DNA of 63,924 nucleotides, filler included, from Octopus bimaculoides (GCF_001194135.2; 5 parts of 5 records of this genome joined end to end with filler, not necessarily neighbours in it), one strand, 5' to 3'. Counted from the first letter of the whole stretch, positions 42,501 to 54,807 are shown. The notes: generated by a model not told the origin, from the sequence alone. A program made the numbers and translations.

Positions 42501-42629
42501 CAATATCAAATCCTCCCTTGCAATGATTTCAAAATCAGTTCCGTTATTTGCTAGTGTAATGCTAACATGGATTAATTTAGCAGTAGAGGTCACTACAGTG
42601 TCCAATTTGAGGTAGTGACATTGGTTAGT

Positions 42630-44580
42630 CTAGCTGGACATAAGTGTGCTTCCTGAAGAAAAGAAAGAAATTAAAATTAAAAGAAGGCTTAGAATGCCAA
42701 CGCCAGGAAAAACGTAGAAGTATTTGAATAATGTGTATAGATCAGTATGGTATCTGAGAAGACTAAGATAGTACTGAAAGATAGAAATGTTCTGCTTTAA
42801 TAACGAAGATACTATAAAAATATCAGCTGATACATGCTCCTCGAAGGAATATGTACACCTGCAGTCATATTTAGGGAAACGTTTAAGTAAGGTGGTAAAC
42901 GTTATATAATTTAGATTGATTGTAGAAGGATATAAGGAGATCGTAATCATGAGATCAATCCCACATAAAATGTTAAGGTATAAATACAGCTCACTCAAAG
43001 AAATTACGACCATCCCCAGTCTTTTTTACTTGAAGAATAAGGACCCTGTAAATGTGTTGTCAGAATGAAGGAAAGCCAGGTGTTAATCTTGTGGGAGCAT
43101 ATGCACAGAAATTATACCGAGAACAAATTAAAAACAAGAACAAAAATTCCTAAAAGAATCTTCACAGCTGCCAAATCTGCCACACTGACCTCCTACAACA
43201 GCAACAGGAGTACACACATGCATAACAATAAAACCATAAAACGAACCGACAACATCAGCAATAAACACGACGAAACACACAAACAGAAAGCATATTCAAC
43301 TTCACCGTAAAAAATTATAAACTACTATGATATGATGGACTATATGGCAAAGCATTTCAAAAACAAAGTAACAACAGAAGGGGTTGAATTTGAAAAATTC
43401 ATCCCCAAAATATCTAAAGACAGTGAAATTTATCAAACTCTCTTGGACTTCTTCCCTGGGAATGCTGAAATAAAACAACCTGTACACAAAACATCACTAT
43501 ATAGGCTTTTCAAACAACGCTCTCATGCAAAAGAACGCGGATGATGAAGGCGAATAACCTCTCCATTTTTTTAACGTGTAAATATATGTATCCTGTGGTC
43601 TGCTTGGAAGCAAGATCACATGCTCAACAACCCAAGATTACTTAAAATAGATGTGGTAGCCATTACTGAAACAAACATTTCCCGAATGCACGCACAGTAA
43701 CATTTGTGACAACTACAAGGCATATTCATCTTGTGGTCTGATGGGATTGGGCGGTTGAGTATCAGTATTTTTCCGGAAATAATTATATTAAACGGTACAG
43801 ACGATCGTAAGGATAAATCAGTGATACTAGATGGGAATGAGAGTAAAGGCTGTACCTTCAGGATAGCAACTGCCTATGATTGAACTGTCTGCCAGGAATC
43901 AAATTGATATCCATCATGCACTATTGTAAACTAGGATAACCCACAGCCTGTCATCCAAACTTTAGTCACGAATTGCAGCTTTGTTGTAGCCGGTTACATT
44001 ATCGCCTTCAAATGTTGGTTCACTATAGCATACATCATATAATTTCGGAGGTCAAAATAAACACTGAATTATGCCTACAGATTCAAATCGTTTACTCGGT
44101 TCTTCAAAAACGCTCGCTCCTCATTCGACTGTTTATTTTAGTGAAGGTGCTGTTCAAGGGATTGGGGATTTTGCTGTGGATCTTGTTCAATATTAGACAC
44201 AGACGATTCATGTCTGGTTATTACCAGGTCATCTTCACCCTCTACAAGCTGGGGTATGCGGTTAGTGGAAAGTTAACTCTAATGTAGCGGGTACTAGATC
44301 ATATTCAGACAATCACGGTATTAGATAAGAACGTATATTTTGACGAGAACGATCGGAACATCTCTTGTCGAAGGATTTCTGTTAGAGGATGATGGGTAGT
44401 TTGCAAAAATCTTTAACCAGGCAGTGATATTACGATAAAATACCCGATCAGAACAAGATTCTTTGACTTGCAAGTGTTATTATATTTAACCTTCCCGCAA
44501 TGCGTGCAAAGTGACTAAAAGCAGCCGAGTGGTTACGAATACAATTATTGCTGTTGCTGCAGAAACAACTACCAACGTTG
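42630..44580 (+). mobile_element. Highly decayed L1/Tx1-type LINE (ORF1 and APE remnants)
   Basis: ORF1-like pieces (LQSYLGKRLSKVV, MDYMAKHF..EGVEFEKFI) and an APE start, SAWKQDHMLNNPRLLKIDVVAITET, resemble SPWKPGPLLNELRSLKLNAIDVIETK of the minus-strand element. There are many stops and the limits are approximate. Confidence 0.55.
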
Positions 44581-44602
44581 AATAATAATAATAATAATAA
44601 TA

Positions 44603-45780
44603 TGTTAATACGCGGTTAATACGCGGGCGATAACGTCATCTCACAATGGAGGCAGAATTAAAAAATGGTAAAAGAGAGAAGTGAAGAAAATGGATACCAA
44701 GACCATAAAAATGTTGACAGTACATGGAACCTTCCACCCTAAGAGTGACACTGATAGGGTGTATCTGTCCAGAAGAAACGGTGTGGAGAGGTTTATCAGT
44801 TGCCAGGACTGCATCGAAGCAGAGGAAAACAGTCTAGTGTGGTATATAAAAAGTACAGTGGAGCCACTATTGAAACACACGAAGAAGGCCGGCGTCATCA
44901 AAACTGAAAATTGTGTAATAAAAGAAAAAATTAAACGAGAAATGAATAAAAAAAACCCAGAAAAAGCATCGAAGGAAAAGAAAGTGTAGGGTCAATTTTT
45001 AAGAGATGTGAACGCCAAGGCAGATACAGAGGACCGGTGGCTGTAGATGAGGAGGAGTAACCTGAAAATAGAGACAGAAGCACTCATGTGCAGCGCAAGA
45101 ACGAGCGTTAAGGACCAACTATATGAAGTGCAGAATAGATAACAATATCCATAGTGACAAATGCAGAATGTGCGGTGAGAGGTGTGAAACGATATGGCAC
45201 ATCATTAGCGAGTGTCTGAAATTAGCACAACGCGAATACAAAAGACGCCATGACAATGTTGCAAGAATGATCCACTGGGAGCTCTGTGGAAACCACAGCC
45301 TACAAAGAGTTACCGAAAACGAGAATTGGAAAATCATGTGAGATGCAAAGATCCAGTGCGATAACCCGACCAGACATCGGAAAACGGACATGGTTGTTGT
45401 GAATAAAAAAGAAACAAGTATGATAATCGACATACCATACCCCGGTGAAAACAGGATCAATGTGAAAGAAGAAAAAATAAACAACTATGACGATTTGAAA
45501 CAGGAAATACGATGGTTGTGGTCAATGACGAGAGTAGATGTGATACCAATAGCAATTGATGTACTTGGAAGTATCAGCACTCAACCTCCAGCATGGCGGG
45601 AAATGACTGGTGCAAGATGAAGGTAAAACACCTCCAAAAATCAGCATTGCTTGGAACTGCAAGAATTCTTCGCAGGTTTCTTGAAGCATGACCAGTAAAC
45701 AAGTGTCACCTTAGTCTGTTGACTGTGAAAAACTGACACTTTCCGTTAACCCCAGAATAATAAGCTGAGTTTTAATATGA
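44603..45780 (+). mobile_element. R4/Dong-clade (RLE) non-LTR retrotransposon, 5'-truncated
   Basis: Peptides read MLTVHGTFHPKSDTDRVYLSR, ETEALMC, CRMCGERCETIWHIISEC (CCHC), EYKRRHDNVARMIHWELC and TDMVVVNKKE..IIDI (PD-(D/E)xK RLE), ending HLQKSALLGTARILR. It is flanked by (AAT)n at 44581-44602 and about 45790-45843. Confidence 0.92.
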
Positions 45781-45788
45781 TGATGATG

Positions 45789-45843
<55 letters not shown>

Positions 45844-45990
45844 GGGCTGAAGAAGAGCACCGGGCTGAATAACAACATGGATGTGCTACACCGGGCTCCC
45901 TATACAAAAACATATCTAATCCAATAACATCGATGGAATTAGCCAAAAGAACCGGTGGAAGATTTGAAGGAACCGGTCTTTTAACGAAGA

Positions 45991-46090
45991 NNNNNNNNNN
46001 NNNNNNNNNNNNNNNNNNNNNNNNNNNNNNNNNNTTAATTAATTAANNNNNNNNNNNNNNNNNNNNNNNNNNNNNNNNNNNNNNNNNNNN
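45991..46090. other. Artificial scaffold-join linker
   Basis: 44 N + TTAATTAATTAA + 44 N. Confidence 0.95.
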
Positions 46091-46544
46091 AATTTAAAAA
46101 GAAAAAAGCAAAACGAAGCTATGGAAATTAAATACGCTTTACACCGCTTAATCAGCCAAAGGAGTAAATGTAAACAACTGAATACTTGTCAGTGATTGGT
46201 TGAAATTATCGAAATAAGACAATTTTTTACATGAAATAAATTCGAATACAAAAATATTTTTCTGTTCTATAACACAAAATAGATAAGTATACGAAGTTTG
46301 AAAGTCTTTTGGTACCAAAAACACTACGTAAAACATTAATGAAAAATGTGGCCCCCGTTTTAAAAAAGATCCGTTTATTCTTATTAACCTGTTTGACATG
46401 GAATAGAAGCAGCAGATTCGCTTCATTGGTGAGCCCAGCCATGAATAAAGTGGTAAAAAGGGATAGTTGTAGCAGCAGCAGCAGCATTGCAAATAGCATT
46501 CTAGGTGTTCAAACTTAATTATGAAGAGAAACTTCATCGTCTAA

Positions 46545-46790
46545 CATCTGCCTTCCATGCTAGCACGGGTTGGACGATTTGACTGAGGACTGGCGAACCA
46601 GATGGCTACACCAGGCTCCAATCTAATTTGGCAGAGTTTCTACAGCTGGATGCCCTTCCTAACACCAACCATGCCGAGAGTGTAGTGGATGCTTTTACAT
46701 GCCACCGGCACGAAGGCCAGTCAGGCGGTAACTGGCAACGGTCACGCTCAAAATGGTGTATTTTACGTGCCACTGAAAATATTCCAAAAA
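46545..46790. repeat. Interspersed SINE/RTE-tail-like repeat
   Basis: GC-richer block with CCATGCTAGCACGGGTTGGACG and CTGGATGCCCTTCCTAACACCAACC motifs that I recall from invertebrate short retroposons. The family is not assigned. Confidence 0.45.
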
Positions 46791-46872
46791 CTTATTTAGA
46801 TTATCTTTCAAATTTTTTAAAAACTGAAGTATTGTGAAGAAGAAAGAATAAAAGAGAAAATATTTGTGAAAC

Positions 46873-47041
46873 CTTCAGCATCTCCATCTCTTGTTTCAGT
46901 GTCATCAGCCATAGGGACATCAGGATCATGACTTGACCCGTTGGTTTCTTCCTGTTCAGACTCTTTCTCTACATTAGTGGTGCTGGCATTGCTGCTGGAC
47001 TTTGAAGGAATGTATTCCGTCAGCAACGATGACCTTTGGAC
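46873..47041 (-). CDS. ph: Polyhomeotic/PHC-like protein, next internal exon
   Basis: The phase-0 acceptor TTTAG|GTC gives spliced ...EPFP|VQRSSLLTEY..., matching the PFPVxRSSLL continuation of HD1 in PHC proteins, followed by an acidic S/E/D-rich stretch. The 3' boundary (GAAG|GTTTCA) is a weak donor and less certain. Confidence 0.8.
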
Positions 47042-48270
47042 CTAAACATTCAACAAAGAAAATTGTGACAAACATTTCATTGTGTGAACATTTAGCATTA
47101 CATTCAGTATCCCCAGTGGCCACAGAAATTGTGATGGTCAAGCTTATTCTTAAGAGCACTGACAATGTAAATTATGGGCCAACCATGACAAAAGTGTTGC
47201 AAATCAGTTGAATATGGCTCTTGCACATTGTCTGACTGTAAAGAAGCAGCACACTGTAAAATACTTCAACAATTCAACAGTCAATAACCTTCCCCAGAGG
47301 ATCTAAGTACGCCAGATAATACGAAAGAGCCATATGTCTAAGCTGGTACATCTTACTATCTTGAACACAACAGACAATATCCTCAATGGAAGTCATCTAT
47401 TTTGAGAGATGTACAAACGACAACTTAGTGTCTGTAGACAAAACCAACACACTATTATTAGATACAAACAAAATGGTGTGCAAGGTACCATCTCTACATA
47501 TGAGCATAAAACAACAAAAACCCTCAAAAGTGCTACTATTATTAGATTTTCCCAGCTTTGGGACCAGGAAATACTTTAACTTTGATCTGTCGATAATTTA
47601 TGGCAAAGTTTGTGAATCAAAAATTGATGTTTGTATAAATCTGGGATGTTGCTTCACACATACAAACACCACAGACTGCATCTAAAAAACACATCCAGAA
47701 TGCAGAGAAGATGAATAAATAGTTCAAGCTTTTCTAAGTGATTCTCTCACAATTCTGATTGTCCCCAGAAACAAGTTAAAAACTTATTCTGATGATCAAC
47801 AGTGAATTCATGGTTACCTTTGTCACCAGCCCTCTTCTTTTCATCCTAACCCTTACAAAATAGTAGAATTTAGAACTAAGAATCCATACTAGGTATGTTA
47901 ACCACCTAGGACTGGTTGCAAAATCTTTCAAAACTGCAGTAATTAGAAACTTGGTCAGGTGAGCTTCTGTTAACATAGACCAGTAATTACTCATAAAATG
48001 GTACTAAAAACAAAGCTGTACTGAATGAACTTGTATTAGAAAGTAAATACTATTTCAATAAATTTTAATGCCAGTTTTGAACATAGAATCTTCTTATATA
48101 AACAATTAAGCATTTTGAAATTCTTTGTGATGATAATTATGCACGCCAATAAGTGGTAGGATGGTCATTGCATCAGTTGCCAAGCTTTGTGGATTGTATT
48201 CCATTATTAATTGAAACTAGGATAAGACAGACAACAGAAACAGTAAAGCAACAGATTAAATGCCTTACAC

Positions 48271-48543
48271 CAGGGGTTTTCAAACTGTGGTCTGCGGACC
48301 ACAGGGGGTCCGTGGACAGCAAATACTTTTATGGGCAATTTGATTTTATATGTTTTTTAATCGAAATCTTTTAATTGATAATAAACCTATTTGTTAAATA
48401 CTGTTAAATAAATAAATGTAAAAATATATGTTATTTTAAGCAAATATTTATGTATAAATTTCATAAGCGTTTATAAGGGGGTCCCCTAAGGTAAAGCCTG
48501 AAATATAAATGGGTCCGCAAGTCAAAATGTTTGAAAACCCCTG
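48271..48543. mobile_element. hAT (Charlie-like) MITE in the ph intron
   Basis: Perfect 15-bp TIRs, CAGGGGTTTTCAAAC and GTTTGAAAACCCCTG, with a perfect 8-bp TSD CCTTACAC at 48263-48270 and 48544-48551. Confidence 0.95.
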
Positions 48544-48713
48544 CCTTACACTACAAACTTCCATCTTGGCATGGTTAACACAAGAAATACCAACAGACGA
48601 GTATGTTGATAGCCTTGTGTCTTGTCTAAAGAAATTGTTAATCAAAACTTGCGGGGGAGGGGGGGGGGTGAAACAACAGAAGTAAATAAAAGGGAAGTGA
48701 AAGAAAAACTCAC

Positions 48714-49742
48714 CGGGAAAGGCTCTGGACCTTCGTGGATGATAAAGCCTTCAATAACATGAGTTAATATATGAGGTTTGACAATAGCCTTCTGTTTCTC
48801 AACTACAACAGAATTGTCCAGCATATTTGGTACAGGATGTTGTGGTTTCCCAGAAGAAACATCCATTGATTCAACCTGCCTGGTTTCTTGGGTGGTTGTT
48901 GGAGGCTGTGGAGCATCGACCTGGGCCCTTTTCTCTTGCTTTTGCTCAGATGTTGACTGCTTTGAAGTGGATTCTGTGAGGGTTTTCTTCTCCGAAGTAC
49001 TTTCCATCATGGCTATTGTCTTGCGCCCTGTTTCAACTTCAGAGTCTGATTGACTCTTTGGCAGACTGGTGGCACCATTAGTCTGGCTGGTGGGGGTAGT
49101 TGGTTTGGAGAGACTAGTAGGCATGCTGGGCTTTGTTTGGGACCCTGTTGACAAAGGGTTGCTCTTTTTTGTACGCACTTTTGTAGTTTGCTTTGGTGTG
49201 ATGGTCGGAATATTGAGTTTCGGACCAGAATTTGGTTGCATAGATATATTTGTTGGGTGTATTTTTGCAGTGTTTGACCCTTTTGATGTCGAAGGTAGAA
49301 TTGTTGAAAGTCCTTTGTTGCCTTGATTTGTTGTTTTTGTGGGGACACCAACGGTTTTAGCTTGCAGACCAGTTGTCATGTCAATGAGTTTGGCAGTTTT
49401 CAATGAGTTAACAGGCTGCATCCCAGTCGGGGTTGCAGTAGCTGTAGCAACCATGGACGGTTGCTGTTGAAGTGGTGTAGCAGTACGAATATAGAGAGGC
49501 TGACCAGCCAAAATAGTCGGCGATTGAGTTGCAAGTAAGGGTTGGTGGGCTGCAAGAGGGATACCCTGCTGTAAGCTGGCCATAGCTTGCAGCATTGCTG
49601 GATTTGTAAGCATTGGTTGCGATGCAAAAATTTGGCCACCACTTGTTACAAGCTGAGACTGACTGTTCATGCGAAGAGGTGATTGGGAATTGATCAGCTG
49701 AGGCTGTGAAACAACAGTGTGACAAGCTGACTGATTTTTGGA
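48714..49742 (-). CDS. ph: Polyhomeotic/PHC-like protein, internal exon (Q/T/S/P-rich region plus HD1 motif)
   Basis: The 343-codon open frame ends KQKAIVKPHILTHVIEGFIIHEGPEPFP, matching the Polyhomeotic homology domain 1. The donor is CCG|GTGAGT at 48713. The acceptor TTTCCAG| at 49743 follows a T-rich tract; an alternative in-frame acceptor lies about 39 nt downstream. Confidence 0.88.
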
Positions 49743-50097
49743 CTGGAAACGTTAAGAAAAAAAAAGCATCAATAAACAGAAAAACTTTTCATAACCATCA
49801 GCCGATTATAGAAAATTAAACTCTACTACCTTTATTGCTTCACTTTATTTTATTTTATTTCATTTCCTCCACTTTGTTGTATCTTATCCTGTCTGATTTC
49901 ATTCCATTTTTTCTCGCCTTCCTCTCTACCTATCCTACAAATGGTGTTGCCCTGCTATCTTACAAAATATTAATAATATGTTACAGAAATATAAAATCTT
50001 TAACACTGGTCATGGTTTCTATTACTGCTTTCAGAGGCTCAGAAAAGTTTTAAAACTCGTGCTCCTACCCAACTCAAACTAATGAAATACTCATTAA

Positions 50098-50317
50098 CCC
50101 TTTCGTTACTGTATTTATTTTGAGATGCTCTGTGTTTCTTTCAATTACTTTAAATATAACAAAGAATTTAGTAAAATAACTTAATTATCATTAAGCTAGT
50201 GTTAGGAACATAAATTGTGACTAAGATTTGGTGGAAGATTTTAATTCAAAACTTATGAAACCAAGACATTTGTTCTCAGAGCCAGAGCCGGTTTCAGCCG
50301 GGTTGGTAATAAAAGGG
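50098..50317. mobile_element. piggyBac-like MITE
   Basis: TTAA TSD on both sides (50094-50097 and 50318-50321). The termini CCCTTTCGTTAC and GTAATAAAAGGG are 10/12 complementary. Confidence 0.88.
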
Positions 50318-50401
50318 TTAAATACATTTTGTTATTGCTGACTATGGAAGATTCTAAACCAAGAGCAAGGGTTAAGCATCTTGATCATGGACACTTCATA
50401 A

Positions 50402-50501
50402 NNNNNNNNNNNNNNNNNNNNNNNNNNNNNNNNNNNNNNNNNNNNTTAATTAATTAANNNNNNNNNNNNNNNNNNNNNNNNNNNNNNNNNNNNNNNNNNN
50501 N
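50402..50501. other. Artificial scaffold-join linker
   Basis: 44 N + TTAATTAATTAA + 44 N. Confidence 0.95.
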
Positions 50502-50670
50502 CAGCTGGGTCTCTGTTTTGTATGCTGAGTTTCAAGGACTTCACAGTTCTACAATTGTTTTATAGTTTAGCGACGTCATTAGGAATCATATAGCCATAGT
50601 GACCTCACCTGGAAGCATAACGTCAAAAATTATATCAGTACTGGTCCCCTGTCTATATTGTGCTACGTTA

Positions 50671-50909
50671 AGGCGGTGAGCTGGCAGAAACTTTAGCACG
50701 CCGGGCGAAATGCTTAGTGGTGTTTCGTCTGCCGTTACGTTCTCAGTTCAAATTCCGCCGAGATCGACTTTGCTTTTCATCCTTTCGGGGTCGATAAATT
50801 AAGTATCAGTTACACTCTGGGGTCTATATAATTGACTTAATCCCTTTGTCTGTCCTTGTTTGTCCCCTCTATGTTTAGCCCCCTCCCCCCTGTGGGCAAT
50901 AAAGAAATA
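50671..50909 (+). mobile_element. tRNA-derived SINE family B, full length with TSD
   Basis: Head AGGCGGTGAGCTGGCAGAA, B-box GTTCAAATTCC, core CCTTTCGGGGTCGATAAATTAAGT and tail GCAATAAAGAAAT, with a perfect 17-bp TSD TATATTGTGCTACGTTA at 50654-50670 and 50910-50926. Confidence 0.93.
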
Positions 50910-51589
50910 TATATTGTGCTACGTTAACGACAATTTTCATTTCCAAAGCTCAATGTTGCCACTGTTGCCCTTGATGGTGGCCCTTACATTTCTTCTTCCT
51001 GGAAATATCACGGAAATAATTTATGGCTATTATTGTGACAGGTTACTGAAGGCTGGTACCTGTACTGAGAACAAAATATTGCCAGGATTTAATTTACGTT
51101 TATTTAAATTCAGGTTTGTTTTCTTTGAAAGCGCACTCGGAAAGAAACATTGTGTTATTATTTATTTCATTGTGGTTTGACACAGTTCGAGCAAGTATAC
51201 GATTATTGTTGTTCTTGTTTCTGTTGTCGTCAGCGCGTTATCTGTTAATTAAACTGTCGGAATGTTATCGTTTAATTTTCTACCTTTTGCTTCATTAATA
51301 TCAATTTACATTGTTTTCTGCTGGGTGGTGTTTATTTATTTATTTATTTATTTTTTTGCCTTGTTTAATTTAATCTTTCTGAAGGGTGTATCCCGGTGAG
51401 GAAGAAATCCTGTTTCACTTTAGCGTTCGAAGGTAAAATAAAATGGAAATATTTGGGTTTTTTTCAGAAAAGAAAATCGACAATATTAACTTCATTAAGG
51501 GGTAGACGTTCCAAAATGTTCAATAAAAGTTCTTCAATGAAATAAAATCTCAACAGAAAGTATTTTTCTTTCATTTACTCTTGAGAAGT

Positions 51590-51975
51590 GGAAGCGCAAT
51601 GGCCCAGTGGTTAGGACAGCGGACTCGCGGTCATAGGATCGCAGTTTCGATTCCCAGACCGGGCGTTGTGAGTGTTTATTGAGCGAAAACACCTAAAGCT
51701 CCACGAGGCTCCGGCAGGGGATGGTGGCGAACCCTGGTATACTCTTCCACCACAACTTTCTCTCACTCTTACTTCCTGTTTCTGTTGTGCCTGTAATTCA
51801 AAGGGTCAGTCTTGTCACTCTGTGTCACGCTGAATATCACCGAGAACTACGTTAAGGGCACACGTGTGTGTGGAGTGCTCAGCCACTTGCACGCTAATTT
51901 CACGAGCAGGCTGTTCCGTTGATCGGATCAACTGGAACCCTCGACGTCGTAAGCGACGGAGTGCCAACACAACAG
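51590..51975 (+). mobile_element. tRNA-derived SINE family A, apparently full length
   Basis: The tRNA-like head has A-box TGGCCCAGTGG and B-box GTTTCGATTCCC, followed by about 300 bp of body. A second near-identical head lies at 34030-34206. Confidence 0.9.
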
Positions 51976-52126
51976 TACAACTCTTGAGAATCGTCGAACA
52001 AATTTGGAGAGAATATTTTAACGTCAGACCGTTGTCAGCAGTAGCAAATATTAATAATAATGATAATAATAAGGATAATGATGACGATGACGATGACGAT
52101 ATTAATAATAATAATAATAATAATAA

Positions 52127-53110
52127 GGTTATATATACAACGTTTAGAAGGTACTGGAGGCCTCATATAGCTAGAAAACTATTACAAACTAACCACCATA
52201 GGATGACAGAAATATCAACTTCAGAAACAAGGAAAACTGAGGCAAATAGCCACAAAACACATACAAAAAAAAATCTGTTTTCTGTCTTTAAGGAAGCTGA
52301 CGAATACAAAAAAGAAGTCATAGTACCTAGCAACTATGAAGAAAAAGAAGAAACAACAAAAGCTGTAAAACAACTGAAACCTAAACTAAAACTGGAACAG
52401 CAACAGATCATGATAAAACGATGGCAAGAAAAACACCTTCATGGCAAATATCGGGTTAGCAAAATCCCAACAATGGCCGAGAAGCTCAGGACCCAAAGCA
52501 GAGACTGAAGGATTTTTAATTGCAGCACAAGATCAAAGCCTTCCCACCAGAAATGACCCAAAACGTAATGAAAGTAAATGCAACAAGTAACTGTAGAATA
52601 TGTGGAGATGGAGAAGAAACAATAAATCATATTGTCTCTGGTTGCTCAGTCCTGGTTAAGAAAGAATATATTCACAGACACGACAGAGTTGGGATCTACA
52701 TACACTGGAAGCTATGACATCACTATGGAATAACAACAGAAAAAAGATGGTATAGGCACACGCCAGAAAAGGTCACAGAAAACGAGAAAGCAACCATACT
52801 CTGGGATATGCCAATACACACAGATAGAGAAATTAAGGCCAACAGGCTGGATATTGTTGTCAAAGATCACCTAGAAAAAAAAAACAGCTTTCTAATCGAT
52901 GTAGCAATATCAACAGATGACAATGTTTCTCTAAAAGAAACGGATGAACTTTCAAAATACAAAGACCTGGATATAGAGGTAACTCGAATGTGGAGTCTAA
53001 AAACAGAAACAATTCCTATCTTAGTAGGTGCATTAAGTATGATACAAAAATATTCAGACAAATGCATAACCAAAACACCAGGACTAGCGAATATATATAA
53101 CATCAAAAAT
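52127..53110 (+). mobile_element. R4/Dong-clade (RLE) non-LTR retrotransposon, 5'-truncated
   Basis: Peptides read WQEKHLHGKY, FLIAAQDQSLPTR, CRICGDGEETINHIVSGC (CCHC), EYIHRHDRVG, TILWDMPIHTDREIKANRLDIVV and LIDVAI..D..KETDELSKYKDL (RLE). It begins immediately after (AAT)n at about 52102-52126. Confidence 0.92.
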
Positions 53111-53465
53111 TACATCCCTCGCCTATATTGGGCCAGAGCTTGATATTGTCACTGAAGCCCCAGACGGTAGCACTTATATTCCTTCTTCTTAAATATCATG
53201 ATAGATTGCAGAAGGCTGGTACCTGTCATGGGCATTTAGTGTTAGTTTTTCTCAAATTCAGGTAGTTTTTGTTTGAAAGAGCACAAAGAGCCCACTGAGC
53301 TCTTTGTGTTATGCCATGACCCACCCTCCAATAAGGACGATCTATGAGTACGGGTGACTGTGGGAGTTGAGTGCGATTAACATTCGAACCAAAACCCGAA
53401 TGACTTAAATGTCGCGCTTCAAGCGCATCCAATCATAGATATATATCAATGCATACATACATACA

Positions 53466-53500
<35 letters not shown>

Positions 53501-54000
53501 TGGAGAAAAATTGGCTCGTGGTGACAAGAAAAATGTGTGTCTGTTTGTTTGTTTGTGTATGTATCTGTGTAAGCACCTTGGGCAAGTGTCTTCTAATGTA
53601 ACCNNNNNNNNNNNNNNNNNNNNNNNNNNNNNNNNNNNNNNNNNNNNNNNNNNNNNNNNNNNNNNNNNNNNNNNNNNNNNNNNNNNNNNNNNNNNNNNNN
53701 NNNNNNNNNNNNNNNNNNNNNNNNNNNNNNNNNNNNTGTGTGTGTGTGTGTGTATAGATATGTATACACATGTGTATGTTTGTGTGTCTATATATATTAA
53801 AGAAATTTATGAAGCTACTGTGACAACCACGGCCACCGCCATCACAACCCATCCCTCAACATAAAGAGTATTTTTTTTTAATAATAATTCTAATTATAAT
53901 CTTTATACATGTGATTAAGATTATCTTGGCGAAGTGTGATTGTCTTGTTGTTCACATGGAAAGTAAAAAACTTACAAACAAGATATGTGTATATATTTCT

Positions 54001-54070
54001 CCATATTTGGATATGAAAAAATGTCGTTAAAGAAAAAAATAAGCAGACGACGTGCTATTTCCATATATGG
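54001..54070 (+). promoter_or_regulatory. Two perfect CArG boxes (SRF sites) upstream of actin
   Basis: CCATATTTGG at 54001-54010 and CCATATATGG at 54061-54070 both match CC(A/T)6GG. A TATAAA follows at 54132-54137. SRF/CArG control of actin genes is established; function here is inferred. Confidence 0.7.
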
Positions 54071-54465
54071 TAATAATATACAAATACTTATCGTGATCCC
54101 CCCTACTTAACACTCTCTCCACACCTAGCCATATAAATGTGTATATTTATGCATTTATATGCATACTTAAATATATATATATACATATATATACACAAAC
54201 ATACACACGCACACATGCACACACACGTACATAACCATAGATATGGGGATATCTATACATATAATATACATATTTATATATACACGCTCTCTGTCTGTCT
54301 GTCTCTCTCTCACCCACATGCACACACCGCACACACACATATATATATATATGTACACATGCCTGTTAATTGCCATTCATTTGTCCAGTGTTGCAGAATT
54401 GTACATAGTGTATAAAAAAAAAACAAAAAAAACCCAAAAATCTTACCTAGATTTTAGAGCTTTAA

Positions 54466-54807
<342 letters not shown>

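Noticed and set aside
42151-42615. Poly-Thr/poly-Asn ORF and overlapping poly-His/Gln ORF
   Set aside because: Triplet microsatellite translation.
48778-49725. Alternative-frame and opposite-strand ORFs over the ph exon
   Set aside because: They are shadows of the ph coding frame, with no recognisable motifs.
51590-51665. Possible tRNA gene
   Set aside because: It has A and B boxes but no convincing cloverleaf or terminator, and it continues into a repeated body with a second copy at 34030-34206, so it is a SINE head.
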